This document shows, piece by piece, positions 12,512-25,227 of a stretch of DNA of 64,000 bases. A model generated the notes under the pieces. The model saw only the letters and a program-made list of their open reading frames with translations, did no database searches and was not told the origin of the DNA. Both the position numbers and the translations under genes were made by a program. The stretch covers positions 49,538,001 through 49,602,000 of the forward strand of contig NC_043012.1 in NCBI RefSeq assembly GCF_006345805.1. Reading direction: 5' to 3'. How positions within the stretch are numbered: the stretch's first letter is position 1; every line of letters begins with the position of its first letter. This stretch comes from Octopus sinensis. Lineage: Eukaryota.

Positions 12512-12585
<74 letters not shown>
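12345..12585. repeat. (TACA)n/(GACA)n/(GATA)n microsatellite
   Basis: Direct inspection. Confidence 0.95.
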
Positions 12586-12919
12586 GGACTGGCACTGAAA
12601 TCATCATAGGCATTCCCGTCGCATCCAGATCACACCCCGTCCGAATAATTTCACCGGTCTCATTGCATTCAGATAGAAAACAGAGACAACCGAGACAAAT
12701 ACCGCAAGATCTTCTCTCTAACACTTGCAATTCTGCCAATATATAACACCCCCACATACGTTTACTTACCTTCCCTCTAACTCTTCCCCCACTCTCTCAC
12801 TCACTGTATCTCATCTTTTCTCTCTATCACTCTGCCTCTCAATCTTCCTCTCTCGTTATCTCTTACATGCGCACGTGCACACACATAATAGACATATATA
12901 ATCATCATTTGATCGCATT

Positions 12920-13287
12920 AAGGCAGCAAACAGGCAGAGTCCTTAGCAAGTCGAGCGAAATGCTTAGTGGCATTTCGTCTGTCGAAGGCGGCGAGCTGGC
13001 AGAAACGTTAGCAAGCCGGGCGAAATGCTTAGCGGTATTTCGTCTGCCGTATTTTCGGGGTCGATTAGATAAATATCAGTTACGCACTGGGGTCGATATA
13101 ATCGACTTAATCTGTTTGTCTGTCCTTGTTTGTCCTCTCTGTGTTTAGCCCCTTGTGGGTAGTAAAAAATAGGTATTTCGTTCGTCTTTATGTTTTGACT
13201 TCAAATTCCGCGCAGGTCGATTTGACCTTTCATCCTTCAAGGTCGATAAAAAAAATACCAGCTAGCTTTGTGGCCAAATTTTGAAAG
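12920..13287 (+). mobile_element. Nested family B SINEs: younger copy (12985-13171) inside an older copy
   Basis: The old head ends at ggcatttcgtctgtc (12969-12983), a second head-to-tail copy follows, and the old body resumes at ggtatttcgttcgtc (13172-13186). Confidence 0.85.
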
Positions 13288-13336
13288 TACAAAGCAACAG
13301 CTACGTGCTGCAAAATCCGACCTTCAAAAAGAAACT

Positions 13337-14050
13337 ACAAAATGTACCAACCAGTACAGGGATAAATTATGCTTAGATATTCAACAGCAAGTGACATAGG
13401 AAAATGTATGAGAAGATTAGAGTTGCTATCGGACCAACAGTGAGTAAAATGGCACCTCTCATGTCTGCAACAGATGACCAGCTGACAAACCAGAAGAAAC
13501 AAATGGAAAGATGGGTGGAACATAACTCTTAATTGTACAAGGAGCGAGATGTTGATAGACAACTTGATGAGGCCATTCCTCATCTCCCCGAAATGACAGA
13601 ACTTGATATACCACGAATGGAAGAAGAACTCTCCACTGCAATCGATGATCTTGCAAGCCCAAAACAGGTATAAGGACATTTCCAAAAATAGTTTGTCTAA
13701 GTGTGAGGTGGATGTCAGCAACTGGGAAGAGAGGGCTGAGGGCAGAGCAACATAAGGACTGTGGTGAAGGAAGGAACTGCTTCGCTAGAGATCAGTTACA
13801 GAAACAAACAAGTTGAGAAGCGTCAGCAGCGAATGAAAAACAGCAGAAATGCAGAGCACCGAAAGCCACCCTCTTGGTATACAAGTACTGTGACAGAAGC
13901 TGTGTTTCAATCATAGGAAGAATCAGCCATGAAAGAATTTGCAAGAAAGGGAGCCCCTGATATATTCGATTAAGTGACCTCTAATCTAATTTGACCGTCT
14001 GCATAGACGGAAAGTAGCAATTATAATTATTATTATTATTATTATTGTTA
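13337..14050 (+). mobile_element. RTE-clade LINE remnant with the RT domain deleted
   Basis: MYEKIRVAIGP...QMERWVEH...ELDIPRMEEELSTAIDDLA (pre-RT) is joined at ~13657 to RYKDISKNSL...WEERAEGRA and a C-terminal C2H2-like remnant (CDRSCVSIIGRISHERIC); (ATT)n tail. Confidence 0.8.
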
Positions 14051-14111
14051 TTATTATTATTGTTGTTGTTGTTGTTGTTCTTCTTCTTCTTCTCATTATT
14101 ATTATTATCAT

Positions 14112-14182
<71 letters not shown>

Positions 14183-14184
<2 letters not shown>

Positions 14185-14420
14185 GGCGGCGCAATGCCCC
14201 AGTGGTTAGGGCAGCCGACTCGCGGTCGTAGGACCGCGGTTTCGATTCCCAGACCGGGCATTGTGTGTGTTTATTGAGCGAAAACACCTAAAAGCTCCAC
14301 GAGGCTCCGGCAGGGGTGGTGATCCCTGCTGTTCTCCTTCACCACTCTTTCTCTCACTCTTTCTTCTGTTGGCCTGCTTGCTTAGCCAGCGGGTTGTCGT
14401 CATTCGAAGACCAGCGAAAT
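14183..14420 (+). mobile_element. tRNA-derived SINE (family A variant with a different 3' part)
   Basis: Head and body match 2931-3120. Confidence 0.85.
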
Positions 14421-14743
14421 CCATTCACTTTGGTTGGCCCGAGGCTATAGTAGAAGACACTTGCCCAAGGTGCCACGCTGTGAGGTTTAACACGGGATGG
14501 CACAAACATTTATAAGACATGCTTTATCATTACCTGCTGGAAAACTAATTTAGTCCAAATTCTTTAAAACTTTCATATTTAGGAAAGACTTGCGGTCATC
14601 TTCACTATAGATCTCCAGGCCTATAATTTGGACCTTATCTTCTAGAATATGAAAGAATAAGAACCAAAAACGAAAAGAGAAAAAAAACAAAAGCAACAAC
14701 AACATCAACAACAAAGACGACAACGCCGATGACGAGGCCGATG

Positions 14744-14778
<35 letters not shown>

Positions 14779-14789
14779 AATATATCCTA

Positions 14790-14932
14790 CTATAGACACA
14801 AAGCCTGAAACTTAGGTGGAAGGAGCCTAGTCGATTACATCAGCCCTATTACCCACAACTGATACCCATTTTATCAACCTCCAAAAGAATGAAATACAAT
14901 GCTGACCTCGGCGGAATTTGAACTCAGAATGT
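14790..14932 (-). mobile_element. Family B SINE fragment
   Basis: gacctcggcggaatttgaactcagaa and tagtcgattacatc are reverse complements of the family B body. Confidence 0.7.
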
Positions 14933-15129
14933 TTGCTCTTCGTTGGACCAAAATATGTGCCTATTACTCAAGTATGTGTGGTTTATCAGCAGTACTTTTC
15001 TCAATTATGCAGAAGGAGTGGTGGGCTGAAAAAGATGGAATTCAAAGCCTTCTTCTTCGCTTGCAGTGGTTATTAACAAGAGAAGCATAAATATGTAAAA
15101 GCCAATAACAGCCGCTCAATGAGAGAAAG

Positions 15130-16960
15130 GATGTTTTGATGCACCAGGGGCAAATCACGTGTCTTGGATGTGCTCTGTATATATTTGCCAAATTTGTTTC
15201 GAGACAATTTGATAGATATCAACCGTACATGGTAGCTAAACGGGAAAATTCCAAGTTGTGTAAGTCGAACATTATTTGCGATGTTGAGAAAAGACCCAAA
15301 ACAAGGGCAATAATATCGACAATTTTAGGCTCTGTTAAAACCAAAATTTTCAAATTTTGGCCAAGGTGTTAGAGAAAGATTGTCATTGGTCTGACAGTTG
15401 ATGTACAAACTTGCTCCTTTCCGAAGAGATCTATCCATGATAACTTCCGCTTCAAATTATGCAGCATCATAAGGAGGTCATGTATGTACCCTGCCTTGAG
15501 TGAGGCCTTGATCAATTTAAATCTATCAAAAGCTTTCGATAGGGTCGACCACCAGTGCTTTCCGACCTCCTCACGACGATTTGTTTCTGCCCCGTCGTCT
15601 ACAGTTGGTCTGCTGCAATGTACAGCGACATCTACACAGTGGTAAAGGTGAATGGCACCTATCTGAGCCATTTAATATCATGTGTTCTATGCCCAATGTT
15701 AATCATTCTCATCTCTTCTGCATGTACTGGTGCTTGAGACACAATTGTGGAAGCTAGAGACGCCGAAGAACATACGATGAGACCTAGGATTCAAAAGATA
15801 CGCAAACGGTATCACCGCCATACTGTCCAGAGTGCAAACTCCTCGAGGTAATCAACAGCGCTCTAAGGGACAACGAGCGAATAGCAGAGAACTACTGAGG
15901 TATGGCTACACTCCCCTATAACGTTCTGGGACAATGGCCAGACGGATGGATCGGTTTCTAAGGTGTTCCATTTGTTGTCAACAATTGCTACGTGGTGGAC
16001 TGAGCATGCTATGGCATGTGCTGACAGAGAGACATTTCCAGATTTTTCTTGTCGTTCAGCCGGCTTGTCACCTTTGTTCAGACTTACATTTCTACATCGC
16101 ATACCTGTTAAATTTCTAAGAATGTTATGTTGGCTAGATCACTCGGTTAAAAAGAAATGTGATGATATATCAAGTAGGTTAGCCCCTTAAAAAAAAACAA
16201 AAAAACTTTCACTGAACAGTCGGGAAGAGGTAAGAAACGCTTACATTTCTTCCATCATACATTACACACTCACCGTTGTGTCTTGCCCCAGTCAACATTG
16301 TAGCAGACTGAAGTATTTATTCTTTCGCACTCTGTAGAATGGCTGGGTTCGGTTTCTAAGGTGTTCCATTTGTTGTCAACAATTGCTACGCGGTGGACTG
16401 AGCATGCTGTGGCATGTGCTGACGGAGAGACATTTCCAAATTTTTCTTGTCGTTCAGCAGGCTTGTCACCTTTGTTCAGACTCACATTTCTACATCGCAT
16501 ACTTTTCACAGAATAGCAAATCTTCGATCAGGCGTAGATAGAGACTGTGCACACAGCATCTAGCGTGTCATTTTTTGCTCACAGTCGTACAATGAAATTA
16601 GTGAAAATAACCAGAAATAAAGGCGAGCAAGAGCGATGACTTTCTCTGGAAGAAGCTGTGTAGTCTTTCCGGAAGATTTTTGGAGTAGGCCCCTTGCATA
16701 ATTGCCTGAAATCCTGAACTAACATTAAATCCTAGAGGTATCACCGGTTCGGGTTAAATTCTAAAGGTACAAATGTGCTATCAGTTGGGCCTACACAAGA
16801 TGCACGCAGGGCATCGAAACTGCTCTGCGTCCAATCATACAATGCCCGAACATTGCTGAGTTAAGATGTATGTCGAACACCTACTGTCACGTGGAGGACG
16901 CATCTAGCCTTCAGCCAAGTCCATTGTGAATATCGTTCTACCGCCTTTATTTGACCGGTG
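15130..16960 (+). mobile_element. Decayed Tx1/L1-clade LINE ORF2 (RT and zinc knuckle)
   Basis: QTCSFPKRSIHDNF, ALINLNLSKAFDRVDHQC, MYSDIYTVVKVNG, and the C-terminal ETALRPIIQCPNIAE; many frameshifts. Confidence 0.8.
15950..16503 (+). repeat. ~155-bp direct duplication within the LINE remnant (15950-16104 and 16349-16502)
   Basis: cggtttctaaggtgttccatttgttgtcaacaattgctacg...catttctacatcgcatac occurs twice with few differences. Confidence 0.9.
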
Positions 16961-17759
16961 TTACTTATTTACGTCGAAAAAAAAAACAAAAACAAAACAA
17001 AGCAAAAAAAAAAAAGAAATTAAAACCATTTGGGAAGCAGCAAAATAACCAGTACTAGGAAGGAAAAAAAGAATAGAGAGGAATCAATAACAAAATCGAA
17101 TTGCAAGTATGGGACTCTAATTGCTGGATAAGGAGCAATTTTTCAAGGGTAGTATCGAAATCATAAAACACGTGACGATCCATAGATCAACAAAAAGAAG
17201 CGCATTAACATTAATGTCAATGATTATACATAAGGACAAAGTGAGAGATTGAATCTATCTTGGTAATAGGGAAATCTGAATAACAAACATATAAACCCTT
17301 AGAACAAATTTAATGCAAGACGTTAACACAATACTTCTATTTATATATTGGTTAACTGTATAGTTATTTAGTACGTTTTTATCACAAATTGTAAAATTGG
17401 AAAACTGCTTTTAGAAATTAACTGAAATATTTTCTAACTCTTACGACTTTGAATTGTCTTCAAGTTATAGAATTGTAGTAGATATGTGTGAACACAGCTT
17501 GTATAGTTTGATATAGATTTTTATGTACACAAGTAATATACTACCGAAAAAATGGCGTCCATAGATCGCTGATTCTTCTTTTCTCTCCTTGTTTTATCAT
17601 GTACAAGTTATAATGTTTAAATTCACTACCATATGATCCTGAGTTCAAGTATGGGTCGCACCCAACACTGTAACTTTTCTTTTACCGCGATCAATATAAT
17701 AAGTACCTGTGTGGCGATGAAAAAGTCATTACAGAACATTAATCTGTTTCTTTTGTAAG

Positions 17760-17959
17760 AAGCTAAAGAGGAAAAAAAAAAGGTAGATCAGCTTCGAAAG
17801 GAAATCTCTGCAAAAACTGACAGGTGAAATTTTCTACTGTGACATATGATTAAGAATCAAGAATCTTCGTTACGTATCCTAAGTTTATTAATTCTTCTGC
17901 AGGTGTTACGTTCTGTCCGAAGGCAACATATTTGAGTCTTCTTGCTTACGGCTTCATAC
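17760..17959 (+). CDS. Candidate exon pair (17760-17823, 17903-17959) of an unidentified gene
   Basis: ttttgtaag| AKEEKKKVDQLRKEISAKTDR |gtgaaa, a 79-nt intron ending ttctgcag|, then an in-phase continuation CYVLSEGNIFESSCLRLH. No homology recognised. Confidence 0.3.
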
Positions 17960-18284
17960 GTAATCAACAAATTTCAATAGACAAAGTGAAGAACTAATAA
18001 TCGCAATGAAAGTTTTATAGACATTCGTTTGAAATAACCCGAGTGACAGACTTATGTTTCCTATGGAGAGAACGCCGACGGTACAAATAGTTGTAAAATT
18101 ACTTAGTGTTCAGCATTCAAATAACTTATGATTATAGAAATGAATAAATATAATGAATTTCTCATTTTCAAAATGGGGGCAATTGGAGTGTGAATGAGAT
18201 TTCTTATGCAATGCTACGAGGAAAATATATTATCAATCAATATTGGAACTTACGATAAACGGCATTGAAGGACATAACCATTAG

Positions 18285-18348
<64 letters not shown>

Positions 18349-20196
18349 ACACACACATACACACACACACACGCATGCGCACGCTCACACATTATGCATT
18401 TATATATGTACATAAGAACACATACATACATGTAAAAACGCATAGAGACCCACATGCATACATGCACATACGCAAACAAATACACACGAGCTCACGCATA
18501 TATATATATATAATATATATATATATATATAATATATATATATATATATGATAGACATATACATAAACGTGGACACACTTCCACACATATGTTATATATA
18601 TATATATATATTGTGTATATATACATGATGCAGAAATATGTTTTATCAAATATAAGCTTGTATATTAAAATAATATATGAATATTAAAAAATGCTATGTA
18701 TATTAAAGGATATATGTTAAGAAAAGTAGAAAGGATATGATATGGATATTAACAGGTATACGTATATATATATATATATATGCACACACATATAAATACA
18801 TACATACATACATACATATATATACCAATTTTAGTATTTATACATTTCATATTTTTCTCAATATATATTTTAAGATCATATACATATAAACACACACACA
18901 CACACACATACATAAAATACAATACAATAACATATGTATACACTGAAATACATAGGCAGGCATACATTTACACACTCCCATAAACGTATGCATGCTTACT
19001 GAGACGTACACACATATATATATATGCATATATGTATAAATAAACTATGGTTATATCTTCCCATGGTTATTTTCTTTCCCTTCAACTCTCTTCCCCAACC
19101 TTTTCTGTCTGTCTGTCTTTCTTTCTTTCCTTAGTTCTTTTAGATCTTCAACTCTGTCTCCTTCTTTTCCCCTCACCCACACCACCACTTTCTCTGTCTC
19201 TGTCTGTCTGTCTCTGTCTCTCTCTCCCTCTCTTTCTCTCTCACTAACTCGCGATGTATCTCCGTTCTGGGTGAGATTAAAAACTTCTTCACCTAAATGG
19301 CCGATTGCCAACATGTTCACCATTTATCATCGAAAAGTTAAGAATTTAATAAAGTTAGGATTTCGATCTGCATATTTCTCCATAGAACATAAATATCCGG
19401 CAGATATTGCCTGTCAAGTCGCTGTTGTACTAGAACCAGCATCAAAGGAAGCAACGCTGTAGCAGACTCGTTTCACGAAGATTTCTTCTCGCCACTAAGC
19501 AGACTCCAAACGCAGGATTATGATGTTTTATTAAACGCATTAGTTATAGATATTTTGCTGCCGAGTCTTTGTACAGCCACCAACAAGCCAAAATCAGAAA
19601 TAAAACGGCTGCGTCTCTGTGAACTAGTTTAAATACTTTTGTAGAAATATGTATTCCGTCTTATTTCTTCTGCATCATATTTTTTCTTAATATTATTTCT
19701 TAATATTTACAGTGGTTGTAACCCCCACCAAAACACATACACAGATAAAGAGCTAAATATAGATACGCTTATATACATAAATATACATATTATGTTTGTG
19801 TGTGTGTGTGTGTGTGAGTGTGTGTGTGTGTGTGTATGTGTGTGTGTGTGTGTGTGTGTGTTGGCATTTAATATTATACAGATTTCTTTACTTTTCCAAC
19901 ATCTACTTTATGATATGCTTACTTGCAATTTCACTCGCTCCTTTTTATTCCTTTTTACTTTCTCTCAAATATCACTGCATCTTGCACACTGACGTACGTA
20001 TTCATAGATTTATACAGACATAATTCTCTCACCCATTCACTCACTCACTCACTCAATCACTCAGTCAGTCACTCACTCGCTCACTCACTCACTCACTCAC
20101 TCATTCAATCTATCATTCTATCTGTCTGTCTTCTCTGCCTGTCTGCTTGTCTGCCTATTTCACTGTCTGTCTATTTGCTGTCATTCTGTCTGTCTA

Positions 20197-20305
<109 letters not shown>

Positions 20306-20307
20306 TC

Positions 20308-21009
20308 ATCATCCTTGTGGCTACGGCGAAAGAATGTATCTGGTGGACGCGTCTGAAAGGATTGGAGACAAACACTTTCTTCTCTGGTCAATCTCTCATC
20401 AACGTCTTCTAGTACCGCTTGAAAAGGAAAGTGAGAGTAGAGAGGCAAGTTTTGTCTAGCTTATGTTTTAAAAAAAGGTGGGTGAATGTAGCAAGGATGG
20501 CACGTATAAATGACGAAGCCACCTTGAGCATAATCCTATGAACCCAGAAATTGAAAACAGAGGGTTACCCACTTGCAAACAAATGTGGTAACATATAACA
20601 ATATTGACCAAGGTTACCGTGGTCTTTTTCGTAGGCTTTTCTTCCCACGGATAAACCTTACTTGCCTTCCCCTTTACACCATATATCATAACACTGTGAT
20701 ACACGATCCCTATTGATCGTTTTTTTACTCTTCCTCTTTTTCCCCCCTTTTTTCTTCTTTTTTCATTTCTCTTTTCTTTTGTTCCTTTTCCTTTTATTGT
20801 TTTTCTTTTTATTCTTTTTATTTTTTATTTTATTTATTTATTTATTTATTTTTTGTTCTTTTCTTCCCTTTTACGATCCCTCTTGATCGAAAACCTACGC
20901 CACCCCCGTTTTTTTCTTTTGTTTTTTGTTTTTTTCGTCCCCCAAAAGAAAAGCTCTACCTTGTAACTTGTCCTATCTGTGTGCAGCCCTGTGTGGCGAA
21001 TAAAGAAAC
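20308..21009 (+). mobile_element. 5'-truncated Tx1/L1-clade LINE 3' end inside a (TCTA)n tract
   Basis: ORF2 C-terminus VATAKECIWWTRLKGLETNTFFSGQSLIN...KRKVRVERQVLSSLCFKKRWVNVARM, a T-rich 3' UTR and terminal aataaagaaa; (TATC)n on both sides. Confidence 0.75.
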
Positions 21010-21088
<79 letters not shown>

Positions 21089-22192
21089 CCTACCTACCAA
21101 CCTGTCTATCTATCTGTCTGTCTGTCTGTCTGTCTGTCTATCAATCAATCTATCTATGTATCTATCTATTATCTTTCTATCTGTCAGTGTATCTATCTGT
21201 ACGTCTATCAATTTATCTACATATCTGCGTGTGAATATGTATATATATATGTGTGTTGTTAAAATAATTTCCAGTGAAGAAGAATAAACAACACGTGTGT
21301 GCGAATTACGTTCGAATATGTGAGCGAATTTGCATGGGTGTGTGAGTGTGTGTACGTGTCTATATATATTTGTGTGTGTATGTGTATGTATGTGTGTTTG
21401 TGTGCGTGTGTGTGCAACAGTGTAGATAGATCGATAGATATACAGAACACACGCACGCACATATGTAAATTACTCGTAGGACATCGTATTTTGCTATGCA
21501 ACCATGATATACTACAATTACATTAAACGCTTTATATGACAATACTCTGTCATATCATGTTAGCAGTGTTATTAAATCAGTTTTTAATGTTATCTCTACG
21601 GATCTCCTAATAACAGTTACAGCTAGCACTGATTTGTTACAACGTTCGTATCTGTGTACGTCTAATGTTAAAAATCCGATCGAAGATTGAAAAATCAGGA
21701 ATGGATGTATATACATATTTCAAAAATTCTTGCTCTTTCTTCACCACCATATCCAAACTATTGACCAATTTTTACATTAGACGTATTCATATACGAAATC
21801 AGTGCTCGCTATAATTTCTATGGAAAATCTATAGTGAGACCAATAGAAGGAGGTGAACGACTTTAGAATGAATTTGAATGTCTTTCTGGTCTTTTATTAT
21901 CATCGTTTTGCTCTTGAAACATAGCTTAGGAAGAATTAGTGAAACCTGATTATTGATCTATGCATTTATAATCATGTAGCATTAAATTTTTGGCATAATA
22001 GTGCTTGGTTCTATTTACCATCCTGAAAGCTATTTGACCATCGTGTGTGGTAAACAAAGCTATCCTAATAATCCAAACATGAACAGGTTTTTTAGCGCTC
22101 TTATCATTGGTCACGAATGTAATCCTAGATTTGGAGAATTATCGACAAGTCTCAAACGACTGCCTTCTTCTCCAAGGAATTATCATATATAT

Positions 22193-22276
<84 letters not shown>

Positions 22277-22611
22277 TGTATATATATATATATATATATA
22301 TACATATATGTATATATATATATATATATATACATATGAACAGCTAGGTGCAATATAATACTATAAAGAAGAAATTTTATTCTCACTAATCCTCACTGAG
22401 GCTATCGGATCAGACGTATTGCTACAAATAAGAGTTACAAACTCTTAAAGTTTTACGAAGCATACAATATATATATACACTGACTGGGAAGATAACCGCT
22501 TCTTGAACAACTCTTGGGGATCACTGGACTAGGTTAGTCTATCAGTTGTGGGCTCGTCAGCAGTGACTACTCAGTCGTTCACTGGTTTGGCTAATGTATG
22601 TGTGTGTATAT

Positions 22612-22969
22612 TCTTTTATTCTTTCATTCTTTTATTTGTTTCAGCCATTTGACTGAGGCCATGTTGGCGCACTGCCTTTAGTCGAAGAAATCGAACCCAG
22701 GGCTTATTCTCTGTAAGCCTAGTACTTATTTTATCGATCTCTTTTGCCAAACCGCTAATTTACGCTAAGTTGCCAAGCGATGGTGGGGGACAAACACCGA
22801 CACACAAACAAACACACACACACATATACGACGGGCTTCTTTCACTTTCTGTATACCAATTCCACTCACAGCCCGAGGCTATAGTAGAAGACACTTGCCA
22901 CGCAGTGTGACTGAACCCGGAGCTATTTGGTTTGTAAGCATGCCGCTTAACGCACAGTCACTCCTGCGC
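22612..22969 (-). mobile_element. tRNA-derived SINE (family D)
   Basis: Minus head gcgcaggagtgactgtgcgttaag...ccgggttcagtcac, internal (GT)n, and (gaataaaa)-type tail. Confidence 0.85.
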
Positions 22970-22982
22970 ATATATATATACG

Positions 22983-23017
<35 letters not shown>

Positions 23018-23019
23018 AT

Positions 23020-23230
23020 GTTTTTGTCTGTGTTTGTTCCCCTAGCATTGTTTGACAACCGATGCTGGTATGTTTATGATCCCGTCACTTAGCGGTTCGG
23101 TAAAAGAGACCGATAGAATAAGTACTAGGCTTACAAACAATAAGTCCTGGGGCCGATTTCATCGACTAAAGGCGGTGCTCCAGCATCGCCGCAGTAAAAT
23201 GACTGAAAGAAGTAAAAGAGTAAAAGAGTA
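23020..23230 (+). mobile_element. Family D SINE 3' half, inverted relative to 22612-22969
   Basis: ttagcggttcggtaaaagagaccgatagaataagtactaggcttaca...taaaagagtaaaagag. Confidence 0.85.
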
Positions 23231-23406
23231 TATATATATATATATATACAGTGACAAAGTTTTTCTTTAATTAAACTATGAATAATACAACATATTTAGT
23301 TAATTAAAATGACTGACACGTGTTTTTGCTGCATAGATTATGTACAGTTGTAACCCACAATATTCCGTTATGTTCCTTCACTCAGAGTCTTTCCACAAGG
23401 GTGCTT

Positions 23407-23444
<38 letters not shown>

Positions 23445-24471
23445 CGTGATAGATAGATGAATAGATAGATACATACATACATACATACATATATACATAG
23501 ATAGATATATGGATCATTATCGCATTGCAGGCAAGTTGAATACCACGGCTGGGAACCGGCATTATATAATAAATTTCTTACGGTAAAATATAGCCATTGC
23601 ATGCAATACCGCCTGCTAAAACGTGATAGTCATGTGACAACTAAATATTTCTCTTTACAATTAAATATTTCAACTATTTGTGCTTCATATTGTATTGTAA
23701 TGCAGAAACCTTTTACTATAAATACAAGCATAAACGTAATGTATAGAAAAGGAAAGGAAGTAAGCAACAGAAAATACGAGAGAGAAAAAGATACGTAGTA
23801 AGGAAGGAAATAAAAATAAAGATATGGAATTTGAATAATGAATTTAACCCGATAATGAATAAATAATAGGTAAAACTGACTAGAGCTGACCTCTGTGTCA
23901 GTTTCTTATGTATCTTTAAAGTGTTACAGCTCTTCGATAAATGAAACTTTATAAAGGATTTCTACATTGCCGCATTATTCCCAACGCACATAAAAATACG
24001 CACACACGCACATGCGTGCGCAGAGCACATATTAGCTTTCAGGCAATTTTGAATTATTAATAAAGGCGAGAATATGAGAGCAAGTAAAAGGTAACGTAAA
24101 TGAAGAGAAGATATACTGGTTGTTGAAGTAGAGGAATTGGAGAGATGAGACAGGTGGAGGTGAAAGTTTCTAATCTAGGGCAAGTATGACACAGGGATAA
24201 ATACATTAATGAAATGGTAAGTCTACGGTAATGAAAAGGAATAAGAAAAACGAATCGTATCGTTGCAATGCAAAAAATAATTCTGTGTATGTGTGTGTGT
24301 GTGTTTGTGTGTGTATGTGTGTGTGTGCGTGAGTGTGCATGAGTGTGCGCCTGCTTTTATGAGTACATATGTACGTCTGTTTATGCAAATATTATAACAT
24401 GTATCATATATATATATATATATACATAAATATATATATGAATACATATATATACATATATATATATATAC

Positions 24472-24518
<47 letters not shown>

Positions 24519-25227
24519 CACACACACACAGACAAACACACACACACACACAGACACACACATATATATATATATATACATACGCGCAAATACACACACA
24601 CTCATACACTTACACATACAGATATACAAATACATAAATATGTATAATTGAATGTGCCTGGAATACATTAAAAAGTAATAAAATCAGTCAAGTTGAGAAA
24701 GGAAGAAAAAAAACAGCTGAAAATATTCACAAATAATGTAATAAATACACAAGAAAAATCTTCCGACAAATAACGAAACTGATTGAAGAATGATAAGAAT
24801 CCATCTGCATAGTGATGATGTTTAGATATAACTGTTTCTTCTCCTCCGATGACAACCTCCGATGATGACGACTTTGCTGGTTGTCATTGACACACAGTGA
24901 CGTCGATCACGACAACAACGTTGGCGGCTGAGGCCACAGTGGTAATGTCTACGTAGAATGTTGATCCGAGCTTTATTCAATTAATCTTGACTGTTTTTGT
25001 GGTGGTCTGTCTGTGTGTGAGTATGTGAATATGTGTGTAAGTGCGTGTTGGTGTTTGTATTTGAGTTTAGAAGTGCGTAGATAATGTGGGAAGATATAAG
25101 ATGAAATGTCATATAGCAGTGGCCTGTGACTCCATGGCTCCGAAGGGGTATCTACATCGCTACTGCAGCTTCAGTGTATTTTTATGACTGTAAGACATCC
25201 TCTGTAATATTATATTTATGACTATAG

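Noticed and set aside
22490-22570. Minus-strand CTGACGA core
   Set aside because: No matching GAAA or stem II downstream.
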